The notes beneath the pieces were generated by a model. That model had not been told where the DNA came from. It saw only the letters and a program-made list of their open reading frames with translations, and searched no databases. Of a stretch of DNA of 64,000 nucleotides, positions 24,917-36,707 are shown in pieces. The DNA is from a virus: the IMG/VR virus record IMGVR_UViG_3300025117_000050, positions 1-64,000 of that record, one strand, 5' to 3'. The stretch's first letter is position 1. Every line of letters starts with the position of its first letter. Made by a program: the position numbers and the translations under genes.

Positions 24917-25228
24917 GTGGTTATAATGATCACAATTAATTATATGAAAACAGGTGGATTATTATATGCAGATGGGAAAGCAGAGGAATCAGCAAAACAT
25001 TTAAAAGAATATATAATTAAAAATGTTAATATTAATTTAAATGTATCTTCTGAAGTTTTTATTAATGCTGTAAGAGTTTTAATTAAAGAAAAATATTTTG
25101 ATATTAATGATATTCAAATTATGTTTAATGGTGAGATAATTCCATTTGACCAAGACGGAAGAAGTTATTATTGGCCTGAAGGATTTTGTGATACTACAGA
25201 TGATTTTTTAATGAGGTTGTTGGAATAA
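24917..25228 (+). CDS. DUF3696-like stand-alone protein
   Basis: SEVFINAVRVLIKE...DQDGR..WPEGFCD. Confidence 0.5.
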   Translation: MVIMITINYMKTGGLLYADGKAEESAKHLKEYIIKNVNINLNVSSEVFINAVRVLIKEKYFDINDIQIMFNGEIIPFDQDGRSYYWPEGFCDTTDDFLMRLLE

Positions 25229-25948
25229 GTATAATAATGTAAGTGAAGTAATTGATAGTGAATTTGAGAGGTGAAAAAATGAAACCTATATTTAGTAAAG
25301 AAGAAGGATATAGTGGAACAATTTATAAATATTATAACTGTGGTAAATGTAAATATTTATTAGCTAATAATAAAGAAAGTTTACCAAATTATTGTCCTAA
25401 TTGTGGTGAAAAAGTAGATAAAATTAATAATATTAAAAAAGGAGAATGAATAATTATGTCTAACAAAGAAATTTCATTAGCAACAGTAAGAAAAATTGCT
25501 AATGAGGAATTGAAGAATTATATAGGAAAGAAATTCACAGAAGAAAATATTAGAAGTATAATGCAAAGTCAATTAAACAAAACTGGAACAAGTATTATTT
25601 TTGAAGAATTAGGAATGAAAAAGGATAATTGGAGTAATAAATGGGAGATTAAAAATTTTAGTAAATTTAAAGATTTACATAGAGATTATAATAATCTTAT
25701 CAACGAAGTTGGGTACAAAGTATTTTTTGAAGTTATTAAAGATATTACACCTGAAAATGTTTTGGAATCTTTAACAAAAACAGATAAAAATATATTGAGA
25801 AAAGCGTATAAAGAAACATTGATTAAATCTTTTGAAGGAGAAATTAGAAAACTAGCAGATGAACATGGTAAACAATATGCACAGGAATTATTTGAGCAAT
25901 ATATGAGTGAAAGTGAAGAAGAAAAATAAAAAAGAATGATAGTAAATA

Positions 25949-26465
25949 TCATTCTTTATAAGACAAAAATTTAATATCATTAATAGGATAATAAATAAAT
26001 TCTGCTTTGCCTATAATATCATTAATAGAAACTGTTCTCCAAAATCTACTATCATAACTATTGTTTCTATTATCACCCATTAAAAAATAATTATTATCAG
26101 GTATTTTATAAGATTCAAAATTATTAATAGGTAATTCAGAGATATAAGGTTCATTTAATGGTTTATTATCTACATAGACAATACCATTATCAATACTTAT
26201 AGTTTCATTAGGTAATCCAATAACTCTTTTTACAAATGGACTTTTAGATTCTATTGGAGGATTGAATACTACAACGTCGCCTCTGTTAATATCAGTAAAA
26301 TTGTAAATAAATTTATTTGCAACAATGTGGTCATTGATTTTTAATGTAGGTATCATTGAACCACTAGGTATGTAATATGCTTCAGCAACATAGGTTCTGA
26401 ATGCAAAAAATATCACAAGAGTTATTAATAAAGTTTTAATCCATTCTAATATTGTTTTTTTTCAA
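25949..26465 (-). CDS. lepB: signal peptidase I (S26), N-terminus frameshifted in an A8 tract
   Basis: IPSGSMIPTL, FVKRVIGLP and MGDNRNNSYDSR motifs; SD and TTG at 26465 are one base out of frame. Confidence 0.9.
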
Positions 26466-27640
26466 TATTTGACCTCCTTAGTAATTGTTAAGTTGAATTA
26501 TATCATAAATTGGTAGCAATGAGTGGATTTTTATCATAATATAAAATACATATAATAGGAGGAATATATTATGTCATCAAAAATAGATTACGAAAGAGAG
26601 AAAATGATTAAAAGTATAATAGAAATTTTCAGTCAAGGTGAAATAACAATAAATCAAATGAAAGAAGAAATAAATAATGTATTAAGAAAAGCAGATATTG
26701 AATTAGATAATATGTTCGAGGAAGATAGAATAATTAGACTAGATAGTTTATTAAGAGAATTAAAAGACAAATATTTACAAATATCAAATGGTACACATAA
26801 TGTATTTGAAGTAGATCCAATATGTATTGATAATATAATTAATAATTATAAGGATGTATTAATTACTTCAGATTTATATATTAATGGATTTATTAGCATT
26901 GGAAATATATCTCAAACAATGCGAAATATTAAAGATATTTATTCTACTAATAATTGGCTTGGAGTATCATGGAATTATGAAAATTGTGAAAGAGGTAAAT
27001 TTTATATTAAATTAAAAGATGTTAATAAAATTAAAGTAAATATAAGTTGTGAAACAATTTTATCATTTGATTTTTATGTTAACGATAAGAATTATACAAT
27101 GTTAAGTTTTAGACAAATAGGCAAGTGAAAAGGAGAACAATTAAATGCAAAAACATTGTATTTACAAATTAAAAGATAGTAAATCGACAGGTTATATGGA
27201 AGAATCGCTTAGTGAATATGTTATAGTAGAAGAATTTGCAACAAATCCTTTAGATAGTGATAAAATTATGCAATGTGTTTATAAGCATATCATTCCTGAA
27301 ACTATGAAATATACTAGTATGATACTTGGATATTGTGTTTTACCATGCAATGTGTTTGAAAATTATTTTGAGTTATATATGGAAACTTTTGAAATTAATG
27401 AGAAACTTAGAGAGTTAGGAATAGAATAATAAAAACATTAAAATAAAAGGAGTAGATTAATTATGCGTATAGTCATTGACAACAAATTATATTTCAAATC
27501 AATTAATGTATCATCTAAAACATCTAAACTAACTAAATTTCGTGAGAAACTATTTAATGTAATATCAAAAGTTTGGCCTTGGGCGTTGACATTAGTAATG
27601 TTTCTTGGATTGGCAGTATTGGGTTTGAGGTGTTTTTAAT

Positions 27641-28048
27641 ATGTTCAAACAATTAACCAATAAACAATTTCAACAATACATACAACAATATTGGAATCAA
27701 GAAGATGTATTAGAATATAAAAATTCAAAACTAGGACAAGGCATAGGGTATTACAAAGATGATAAACTTTTAGGTTTTGCATGGTATAATACTAAAACCA
27801 GTAAGTATTGGAGATTAAAACATTTATATCCTGAAATATGGATGATTTATTTATTAGAAGTACATCCAGAATATAGACAAAAAGGAATAGGAAGTAGTAT
27901 ATTAACTGAGATATATAAAAGAATGTCAAAAGGCAAGACATTGATTGTAGGTAGTGAGAGAATAGAAAAGCATAGGGAGTTTTATTCAAAGAATGGATTT
28001 ATCGAAGATGTAAGTATGAAATGGTCTTTTATTAAAAGTAAATTATAG
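27641..28048 (+). CDS. GNAT-family acetyltransferase
   Basis: LEVHPEYRQKGIGS and FYSKNGF. Confidence 0.85.
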   Translation: MFKQLTNKQFQQYIQQYWNQEDVLEYKNSKLGQGIGYYKDDKLLGFAWYNTKTSKYWRLKHLYPEIWMIYLLEVHPEYRQKGIGSSILTEIYKRMSKGKTLIVGSERIEKHREFYSKNGFIEDVSMKWSFIKSKL

Positions 28049-28065
28049 AAAAGGAGAATTATACT

Positions 28066-28755
28066 ATGAATCCATGCATAAATTATCTTACTCATATGCC
28101 AACAGATATTATGAATACATATGGCATAACAAAAACATTATTAACTAGAAGAGAAACTATATATTTGAAACATATTATGAAAAATATCTTTATATATGGA
28201 AACGAAGAAGAATTAAATGAAAAACTTAAAATGATGCAATTTGATTCTTTATTTCAATATTTAGGTTTTCTCACAAATAAGTTAAGAGCAATTTATAAAA
28301 TACCTAGAGATTATACAACAAATGATGCAGATAATATTGTCAAACAATACAGAAATAGTTTCTTTAAATTACTTGAAGATTTATATAAAGATTTAAAACC
28401 TATTATTGTGCTTGATTTTGATAAAACGATAACTAATAAAAATTTTCATAGTTTATATAATTATATTATAAATGATTATTATGTGATTATTAATAGTGCC
28501 AATCCTCAAAAAGATGTGATTGAGAATTATTTAATTAAAAATAATCTTCCTTTTCCAAAATTAATTTATGCCAATAAAGGGAAACAACGTAAAATTGTTA
28601 AATTGAAAAATATTGTATTTAAAAATCAAAAAAGAGTAATAATTTACATTGATGATGAAGAAGAATATTTAGATTATGGAATGTTGTTGACGATGTATTG
28701 TTATAAATATACAAAAGATGGAAGAATATTAAATCATACAATATTTAAGAAATAG
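28066..28755 (+). CDS. HAD-superfamily hydrolase-like protein
   Basis: VLDFDKTI motif I, NSA motif II and YIDD motif IV. Confidence 0.65.
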   Translation: MNPCINYLTHMPTDIMNTYGITKTLLTRRETIYLKHIMKNIFIYGNEEELNEKLKMMQFDSLFQYLGFLTNKLRAIYKIPRDYTTNDADNIVKQYRNSFFKLLEDLYKDLKPIIVLDFDKTITNKNFHSLYNYIINDYYVIINSANPQKDVIENYLIKNNLPFPKLIYANKGKQRKIVKLKNIVFKNQKRVIIYIDDEEEYLDYGMLLTMYCYKYTKDGRILNHTIFKK

Positions 28756-30631
28756 AAAGTTGAATAAGTTTGCTTTATATTGTTAATTTTACATAAGGAG
28801 ATTGATATTATGCGTTGGAAACAAATTTTAATATGTATGTTGCTCAGTATGTTATTAGGATATTTAAATCAATATTTCAAATTAATCACAGTTGATTACA
28901 ATGTGAAATATATGATAGATTCAAGTTTAATATTTATGTGTATAATGTTTTTATTGTCAATGTTTGATTTTTATTATAGTAAATATTGGTATCCTAAGAA
29001 TGAATGGGAGGTGCTTAAACAGAAAAATAAAAAAGCAAAAGGAGATAAATAAATTATGATTATAAATACAATAAAAGACTTAAATGGTTGTGTAAGAGAT
29101 AATTATCCTTGTAAATATTTATCAGGTTATTTAAGTTTAGAACCTATAATGGTAAGATGTAATTTTAGAGGAAATGAATGTGGAAGAGGGTATTGTTGTT
29201 TTTATCGTTCTGGTAATAAGAATGTAGATGAAATTATTAGAGAAGAAAAAGGAGAATAGAATATGAAATCTACTGAAGAAAACTTTCCATATTGCTATAA
29301 TGGAACTAATTGTTGTATTATTGACTATGAAAAAGGTAAAGGTGACTTAGTAATTATCACAAATGATTATGGTGAAATAATGTATAGAGGTTATTGCCAA
29401 TTTGTTGATAAATTTCTTGATGATTTAAAGTCAGGTGTTTTTGCTTAAAATTATGTTTTATTTTAATATCAAATAAAAAAGGAGAGATTAAATATGGCAA
29501 TATGGATAGAAGGAAAGGCATTCATACCAGAAATAAGTGATGAAAAATTAAATAGTTTAATTGAAAAAATTGTTCCTGTAGTAAAAGAAAATGATAAATT
29601 GTATCAGATTGAAATTCCTAATTTGCGTAATATAGCATACACATGGGAACCAAAAATAATTAAAGAATGTGATAATTTAAAAGAGATTAAAAGAATAAAA
29701 ACTCATCATTATTGTGGATATTACGGTATGTTTAAACCAAGTATTGCAGAAGTATTATCTCAAATTCCAGAAGATTTGATTGATAAAGTAAATGCTTTTG
29801 AAATTATTAATGATGTTAATTCTGGGACTGATACAGAAATAAAAATATTTAGAGAAGGTAATGGTCATTTAGCAATTACTATATTGTATGAAAAATCATT
29901 ATAAAATATTAAAGGAGGAAAATAATAATGGGACATATGACTACATTAACATTTCTTAATGATGGATTTGACCAAATTGAGGAATATCCAGAACAGTTTA
30001 TTGAGGCAATTAAATTAGGTATGTACGGAATTGATAAACATAATAGAAATTCTAATAGAAAGTTTATAACTACTCATGGTATTGGATATCATGGAAATTT
30101 AGTAGAAGTTGCTAAATCTCATCATGCAGATGATTATAGATTGTATTTAGTTGGTAGAAATGCAATGACCACATTTGGGTATGCAAATGAGATTGATAAT
30201 ATTAAATATAGAAAAGAATTAGTAGAAATGGCAAAATGGATTATTAAAGATGAAGAAAAGAGGATTAAGGAATTAGAGGAAAAGATATTAAAAGGAGAAT
30301 AATTATGCAAACATTTTATGTAATATTATTAATTATATTATTTGGTATTATATCAGGATTATCAGGTGGTTGGATGCTTGGGTATGTTTTAGTTAAAGAA
30401 ATGAGAAGATTTGAAAAGAAATATAAACATTTATTTGTTGAAGGAGATAAATAAAATGAATAAATATAATTGCCCTCATTGTAATACAGAAATGATGCCA
30501 ATGACACAAGAAGAAAATTGTATACAAGAATATAAATATTCTACTTGTGGTTTTAGTGATTTATATGATAGTTTACCTGTCGAGGAATGGGAAGATGGTA
30601 TGGATAAATTTATGAAATGTTTAAAATTAAC

Positions 30632-30661
30632 TTGACAGAATGATAAAATAAATGTTACAAT
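30632..30661 (+). promoter_or_regulatory. sigma-A promoter, near-identical to 17926-17955
   Basis: TTGACAGAATGATAAAATAAATGTTA shared; -10 is TACAAT. Confidence 0.75.
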
Positions 30662-30765
30662 GTAAACATGAGAACGGGATTGAAACTTATGTAAAATATA
30701 TAAGGTAAAACATTAGAATACTACAATAATAATAAAAAAATAATATAAAAAAGGAGATCGTAAAC

Positions 30766-32826
30766 ATGAATATGAAAAATGATATGTCTTTTGGAGAATT
30801 TAAGGTTTTATTTCAGAAGAATTTTAAGGAGTTAGTAAAAGATGCTACACATTTGTTTGAAATTGAATTAGACAAAGATGTTATGTGGGAAGATAAATAT
30901 CTCAATAGTTTTTTACCAAAAGATAATCCAATTTATAGACAACGTAGAGAATATGATTGCTCATATTGTAGGAATTTTATAAGAAATATTGGTAATGTAG
31001 TTGTAATCAAAAATAATCAAATTAAGACCATTTGGGATTTTGAAACTGGTGATAAAATTTTTCAACCAGTAGTAAATGCTTTAGATGAATTTGTTAAATC
31101 TCATGTTGTTTCAGATGTTTGGATTAGTAAACTTAAAAAGATTGGAACAGATAAAAACTTTGAACAATTAGAAAATGGAAAAGTAACTGAATGGAAACAT
31201 TTTTATCTTGAATTACCGCAGAAATTTTATGATGTAACAAATAGATCGGAAGGTGAAATTAGAGGTAATTTTAGGAGTACAAGAGATGTATTCAAAGGCT
31301 CTTTAGATAAAATTACAGAAGATAGTTTGCTTACTGTATTAGAATTGATTTCTTCTAATTCATTATACAGAGGAAAGGAATGGGAGTCAGTATTAAATAA
31401 ATTTCTCAAGTATAAGAAAGAATATGATAAATTAGAAACAAATGAAGAAAAAGATAATTATACATGGGAACAATCTGTAAAAGTTGGAGATGTTGTTGGT
31501 AAAATCAAAAACCACTCAATGGGAACATTGCTTATTGATATTAGTGAAGGTATGAATTTAGATAAAGCAGTCAATAAATTTGAATTTATTGTTGGTGACG
31601 GTTATAAAAGGCCAAATCCTGTATATACAGAAAAAATGAGAAGAGATGCCAAAGAAAAAATTATTGAATTAGGATATATGGATTCATTAAGTAGAAGATT
31701 CGCAACACTTGAGGATATTACTATTAATAATATTTTATTTTCTAATAAAGATTCTGCTAAGAAAATGGGTGTAGATGTATTTGATGAAATGTTAAAAGAA
31801 ATTTCTATTAATCCTAAGAAATTCTCTAAAGTCGCAGAAGTTACAATTGATGATTTTATTGTAAATGTACTACCTACAGTAAGAGAAATTGAAGTATTTT
31901 TAGAGAATAAACATAATAGTAATATGGTATCATTAATTGCACCTGAGATTAAGGATAGTAAAACAATGTTTAAATGGGATAATGGATTTTCTTGGGCATA
32001 TAGTGGTAATATTACTGATTCTTCTATGAAAGAAAGAGTTAAATCTGCTGGTGGTAATGTTGATGGTATATTGAGATTTAGTATTCAATGGAATGATAAT
32101 AAATTTGACGGAAATGATTTAGATGCACATTGCTATGAACCAGATGGCAATGAAATTTATTACAGCAATAAAAAGAATTATCGTACTACTGGTGAATTAG
32201 ATATTGATATTATACATCCAGAAAAAGGTAAACCTGCTGTTGAAAATATAACTTGGACAGATAGAAATAAAATGCAAGAAGGTACTTATAGATTTTTTGT
32301 TCATAATTTTTTTCATAGAGGTGGGAAGGAAGGATTTAGTGCAGAAGTAGAAATTGATGGACAAATTTTTACTTTTGAATACAATAAAGAATTAAGACAA
32401 AGTGAAAAAGTACAAGTAGCAGAAGTTACATTTAGTAAAGTTAATGGATTTAGTATTAAAGAAAAATTACCTTCTAATGTATCTAGTAAAGAAGTATGGG
32501 GATTGAAAACTAATCAATTTGTGCCTGTGAGTGTTGTGATGTTATCCCCGAATTACTGGAATTTGCATCAAGGTTGTGGGAATTTACACTATATGTTCAT
32601 GTTAAAGAATTGCACTAATTTAGAATCACCTTCGGCTTTTTACAATGAGTTTTTGAATCAAGAATTAAATCAACATAGAAAGGTAATGGAAGCCCTTGGT
32701 TCTAAAATGGCAGTAAAAGATAGTGAAAAACAGCTTAGTGGACTAGGGTTTTCTTCAACTAAAAGAAATGAATTATTAGTGAAAGTTAAATCTCAGACAG
32801 AGAGAATGTTAAAAATTAAATTTTAA
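30766..32826 (+). CDS. large phage protein (686 aa) with a YfaP/DUF2135-like region
   Basis: N-terminal DCSYCRNF; DLDAHC.EP.GNEIY..GELDID..VENITW. Confidence 0.55.
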   Translation: MNMKNDMSFGEFKVLFQKNFKELVKDATHLFEIELDKDVMWEDKYLNSFLPKDNPIYRQRREYDCSYCRNFIRNIGNVVVIKNNQIKTIWDFETGDKIFQPVVNALDEFVKSHVVSDVWISKLKKIGTDKNFEQLENGKVTEWKHFYLELPQKFYDVTNRSEGEIRGNFRSTRDVFKGSLDKITEDSLLTVLELISSNSLYRGKEWESVLNKFLKYKKEYDKLETNEEKDNYTWEQSVKVGDVVGKIKNHSMGTLLIDISEGMNLDKAVNKFEFIVGDGYKRPNPVYTEKMRRDAKEKIIELGYMDSLSRRFATLEDITINNILFSNKDSAKKMGVDVFDEMLKEISINPKKFSKVAEVTIDDFIVNVLPTVREIEVFLENKHNSNMVSLIAPEIKDSKTMFKWDNGFSWAYSGNITDSSMKERVKSAGGNVDGILRFSIQWNDNKFDGNDLDAHCYEPDGNEIYYSNKKNYRTTGELDIDIIHPEKGKPAVENITWTDRNKMQEGTYRFFVHNFFHRGGKEGFSAEVEIDGQIFTFEYNKELRQSEKVQVAEVTFSKVNGFSIKEKLPSNVSSKEVWGLKTNQFVPVSVVMLSPNYWNLHQGCGNLHYMFMLKNCTNLESPSAFYNEFLNQELNQHRKVMEALGSKMAVKDSEKQLSGLGFSSTKRNELLVKVKSQTERMLKIKF

Positions 32827-32862
32827 ATAAAATATAAAAATAAAAAGGAGAAGTGATTTATT

Positions 32863-33255
32863 ATGACAATGCAAAACGTAAATATGTTTGAGGTAGCAAC
32901 TAGAAATCAGTTTAGGTTTGCTTTTAAGGGTATGCTTAATGTTGAGGATTTGTGGCAATTATCACCTAGAGATTTAGATGCTATCTTCAAATCTCTTAAT
33001 TCTGAATTAAAGAAAGTAAAAGAAGAAAGCCTACTTGAAATAAAATCAGCAGAAGATCAGATTCTTGATGTAAAGATTAATATTGTAAAACATATTTTTA
33101 ATGTTAAACAAGAAGAAGAGAACCAAAGATTGAAAGCAAAAGAAAATAAAGAGAAGAAGCAGAAATTGATGGAAATTTTAGCGAATAAGGAAGATCAAGA
33201 TTTACTAGATAAATCAGCAGAAGACATTCAAAAAATGATTGATGAATTGAATTAA
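32863..33255 (+). CDS. phage coiled-coil protein
   Basis: ORF co-transcribed with the 686-aa gene; G.L.VEDLW.L motif. Confidence 0.6.
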   Translation: MTMQNVNMFEVATRNQFRFAFKGMLNVEDLWQLSPRDLDAIFKSLNSELKKVKEESLLEIKSAEDQILDVKINIVKHIFNVKQEEENQRLKAKENKEKKQKLMEILANKEDQDLLDKSAEDIQKMIDELN

Positions 33256-33263
33256 GTTTTAAA

Positions 33264-33296
33264 TTTAGGGAGTGATTGTTTTAATTGCTCCCTAAA
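33264..33296. terminator. hairpin terminator
   Basis: TTTAGGGAG...CTCCCTAAA. Confidence 0.55.
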
Positions 33297-36293
33297 AATA
33301 CATAAATAAATTATAAATAAAATACACAATAAAAGGAGAATTAACTATATGAATTTAACAAAAGAAGATAAATTATTAATATTAAAGGCATTTGAAGTCA
33401 AAGACTATGAATGTGGTTTAGAAGAAAGAGAAAAGAAAATAATGTTGGATATTGCTAAAGAATTAAATATAAAAAGATGCGGATACAATGAAGATACACA
33501 GTACGTAGAATGTCCTGTTGAAGATTTTGATTGTGAAAAATGCAAATATTATGTGGAATATTTTATATCTACAGATAGAGAAATATAAATAATGAGATGA
33601 ATTTATTATGAAAACTAATATTATGAAAGTTAATTATATGCATACTGATAAATCTCCTGACTGATATATTTGGAATGCATTTTGTGATGAGTGTGGTAAA
33701 CAATTTAGAAATCATAAAATTTATAGTAGCAGTAAACCAGACAAAAGTGAAAAGGATTATTGTTTAGATTGTATGAGGGAAATGATTGATAATAAAATTA
33801 ATAATAAAGGAGCAGAAAATACATATGAAAAATATTGATAAAATAAGATTGAAACTACAAGAAGATTTAGATGATAAAATTAAACATATATTAGAAAATG
33901 AATGTCCGTTTCATTATGATTTAAAAGGTTTTGAAGATGATAATGATGAAAGATGTTATGAAAATAATAAAGATAAAGAAAGTTGTAAAAAATGTTGGGA
34001 TTTAGAAGACATAGAAGAATAAAAAAATGTAAGTCGTTAGCAAACAAATCTTTGCTCGTGATTCCAGTAGTAAATATTAGGAGAAATATATGCAGACTAA
34101 AAAACTCAATTCATTAATTAAAAGATTAGATTACAAAAATTTAAGTAAGAAAAAGAAAAGAAAATGTTTGCAAGAGATTAATATAATAGAACAAAAAGAA
34201 TCTAACAAAGAAAGAAAATTAAAAATGGAAAATAAAAATCTATGGGACATTGAAGATATTATAAAACAATTAGCATTAGATGAATATGATAAAATAGGTT
34301 TATTTGAAACAAGTAAATATCTAAAAATATCTCAAGATAAAGTATTAGAATGTTTTATTTATTTATCAGAAAGAGATTATCCTAAACTTAATATTAAAAT
34401 TTTAATTACTTGTCCAATACATAGAGAAGTATTATATTCTTATGATTTAAACAAAGGATTAAATCAAATACAGCCTCAATACTATTGTCATTATTGCGAA
34501 GATATTATAGATGTAAATGCTGAATATGTATATCTACAATTTTTAATTGATAAAAATTATTTAAAATTTGCTAAAGAATGTAGAAGAAAAAGGAAATTAG
34601 AAAAGGCAAAAGAGTTAGCAAAATATATTAATCGGAAAACTGAAGAAGCAGGATTAACTTATGAAGAGATTCAAGAAGATGTGTATAGAGCATGGTTAGA
34701 GATTAGAAAAGAAAAAGAAGAAAATAAATAATTAATAGGAGGATGAAATTATATGAAAAAGTTTTATTTAGATGATGGTTGTTTCTATTGTAATAAAGAA
34801 GTTGATAGTACACTACATGAAACACATACCGAAGTAAGAACTTTAACAAAGTATGATGTAGAATTTGGGAGAATACAAAAACCTAGTATTATAAATAGAC
34901 TTAAGGATAATTATCTTTATTTAGTTTGTTCTTGTGGAGAAATTGAGGACATTTCAGGTGAATTTATGATTAAAGATGATCATATTATGAAAAGAAAAAG
35001 AAGGTGAATAATTTATGAAATCTATTACATTTATTAGTGCAGTATTTGACTATGATAATAAACATAATATGGAATGTTTAGGCATATTAGATGAAAATAA
35101 TGATGAAATTATAGGAACAATTTATTTTGATAATAATTTTGGAAATGAAGAATTTCTTAAAAATTATGCAATTGTTAAAATAGAAAGAAAAGATAAAGGA
35201 GAGAAATAAATTGATTTCTATTGATAAAACAAGGCAACTCAAAGAATTAGGATTAGTATGGAATCCTCAATGTGGTGATTGGTATAAAATAGATTATTGG
35301 CCTACACCTATTTTATTAACTATAGATATATCAAGATTAGATGATAAAGAAATTGAATGTGTAATAGAAAATGTTAAGAATAATACTTGGTTGCCTAGAT
35401 TAGATCAAATGTTAGATGAAATTAAAAAATATAATTGGACTTATGCATTATATAGTGAAAATAAAATAGAAATTGAAATTGAAACACGTATCGAGTATGT
35501 ATCAATAATTGATAGGCATAGAAATTTTAAAGGCAATATAATAGAGAATGTAATTGCAGATGCTTTGATTTATATATTAGGAAAAGAGAAGGAGAAAATA
35601 TGATTATACGTGAATTAGACGAACAAGAATGTATTAATGATTTTGGATATAAATATATTATGCTAGATGAATTAATTAAAGATAATATTTTATATATGTA
35701 TGATTTAATTGATAAATGTGATGAGTGTGGTCTTTGTTGGATGAATGAAGAAGAAATTGATTGGTATATAGAAAAGACAAGAAAATTTTAAATTATAACT
35801 AAAGTTTAGTTTGGTGATAATATTAAGGAGATTTTTATTATGAGAGACAAAATAAGATTTCATTTTAGTTCAGGTTGTTATTTTGATAATTTTATGAAAG
35901 ATTTTATAGAAAAAATAAAAAATAGTATTAATAAAAAAGATATATTATTTGAGTATAAAAATATTTTAGTATATAAATCAAGCAATACAGAGGTATCTAT
36001 TTCTAATACAGGTTTTGATGTATATTTTTTGGAAATTGAAGAAATAAATATTCAAGAAAATACTAATATATTACTGCAAGAACATAAAAAATTAAAAGAC
36101 TTATATGAACATTATCCAAAAATATATGAATTTACAATATTCACAAATCAAAATTATTGTGACAAGATAAGAAAACAATTAATAAAATTAAAAGCTGATT
36201 TTACTGAAAATAATTTTAAATCTTTTGATGAAATGACATATACTTTTCACGTATATACTAAAATAAAATTTTTTGAGTAAGGAGGAAAATATT

Positions 36294-36707
36294 ATGGAAA
36301 ATGAAAATGAAATTATCCAATATTTTATAGTTAATTCAGAAATTAAAATATCAGCACCTAAGTTATCAGTACAGATAGGACATGTAGCAACTATAATTAC
36401 ACATGATATTATAAAAAGAATGTATCAACCAATAAGTGAAAATGAAGAATATATTAATCCTAATATATTGATTAATATTAATGATTGGTTAGAATGGTAT
36501 AACGATGGCAAAAATCAAAAGAAGATTATACTTAGAGGTAAAGAGAAACAATTATTAAAATTGATTGATCAGGGATTTTATTATATTAGAGATAATGGGT
36601 GTAATGAGTTAGAAAAAGGGACACTTACAACGGTAGGTCTGCCACCTATGAAAAGAAGCGAAGCACAAAAATATATAAAAAAATTACAATTATATAAAGG
36701 AGATTAA
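36294..36707 (+). CDS. peptidyl-tRNA hydrolase PTH2 family
   Basis: KLSVQIGH, KKIILRG and IRDNG.NEL..GTLT.VGLPP; SD AAGGAGG before ATG 36294. Confidence 0.85.
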   Translation: MENENEIIQYFIVNSEIKISAPKLSVQIGHVATIITHDIIKRMYQPISENEEYINPNILININDWLEWYNDGKNQKKIILRGKEKQLLKLIDQGFYYIRDNGCNELEKGTLTTVGLPPMKRSEAQKYIKKLQLYKGD

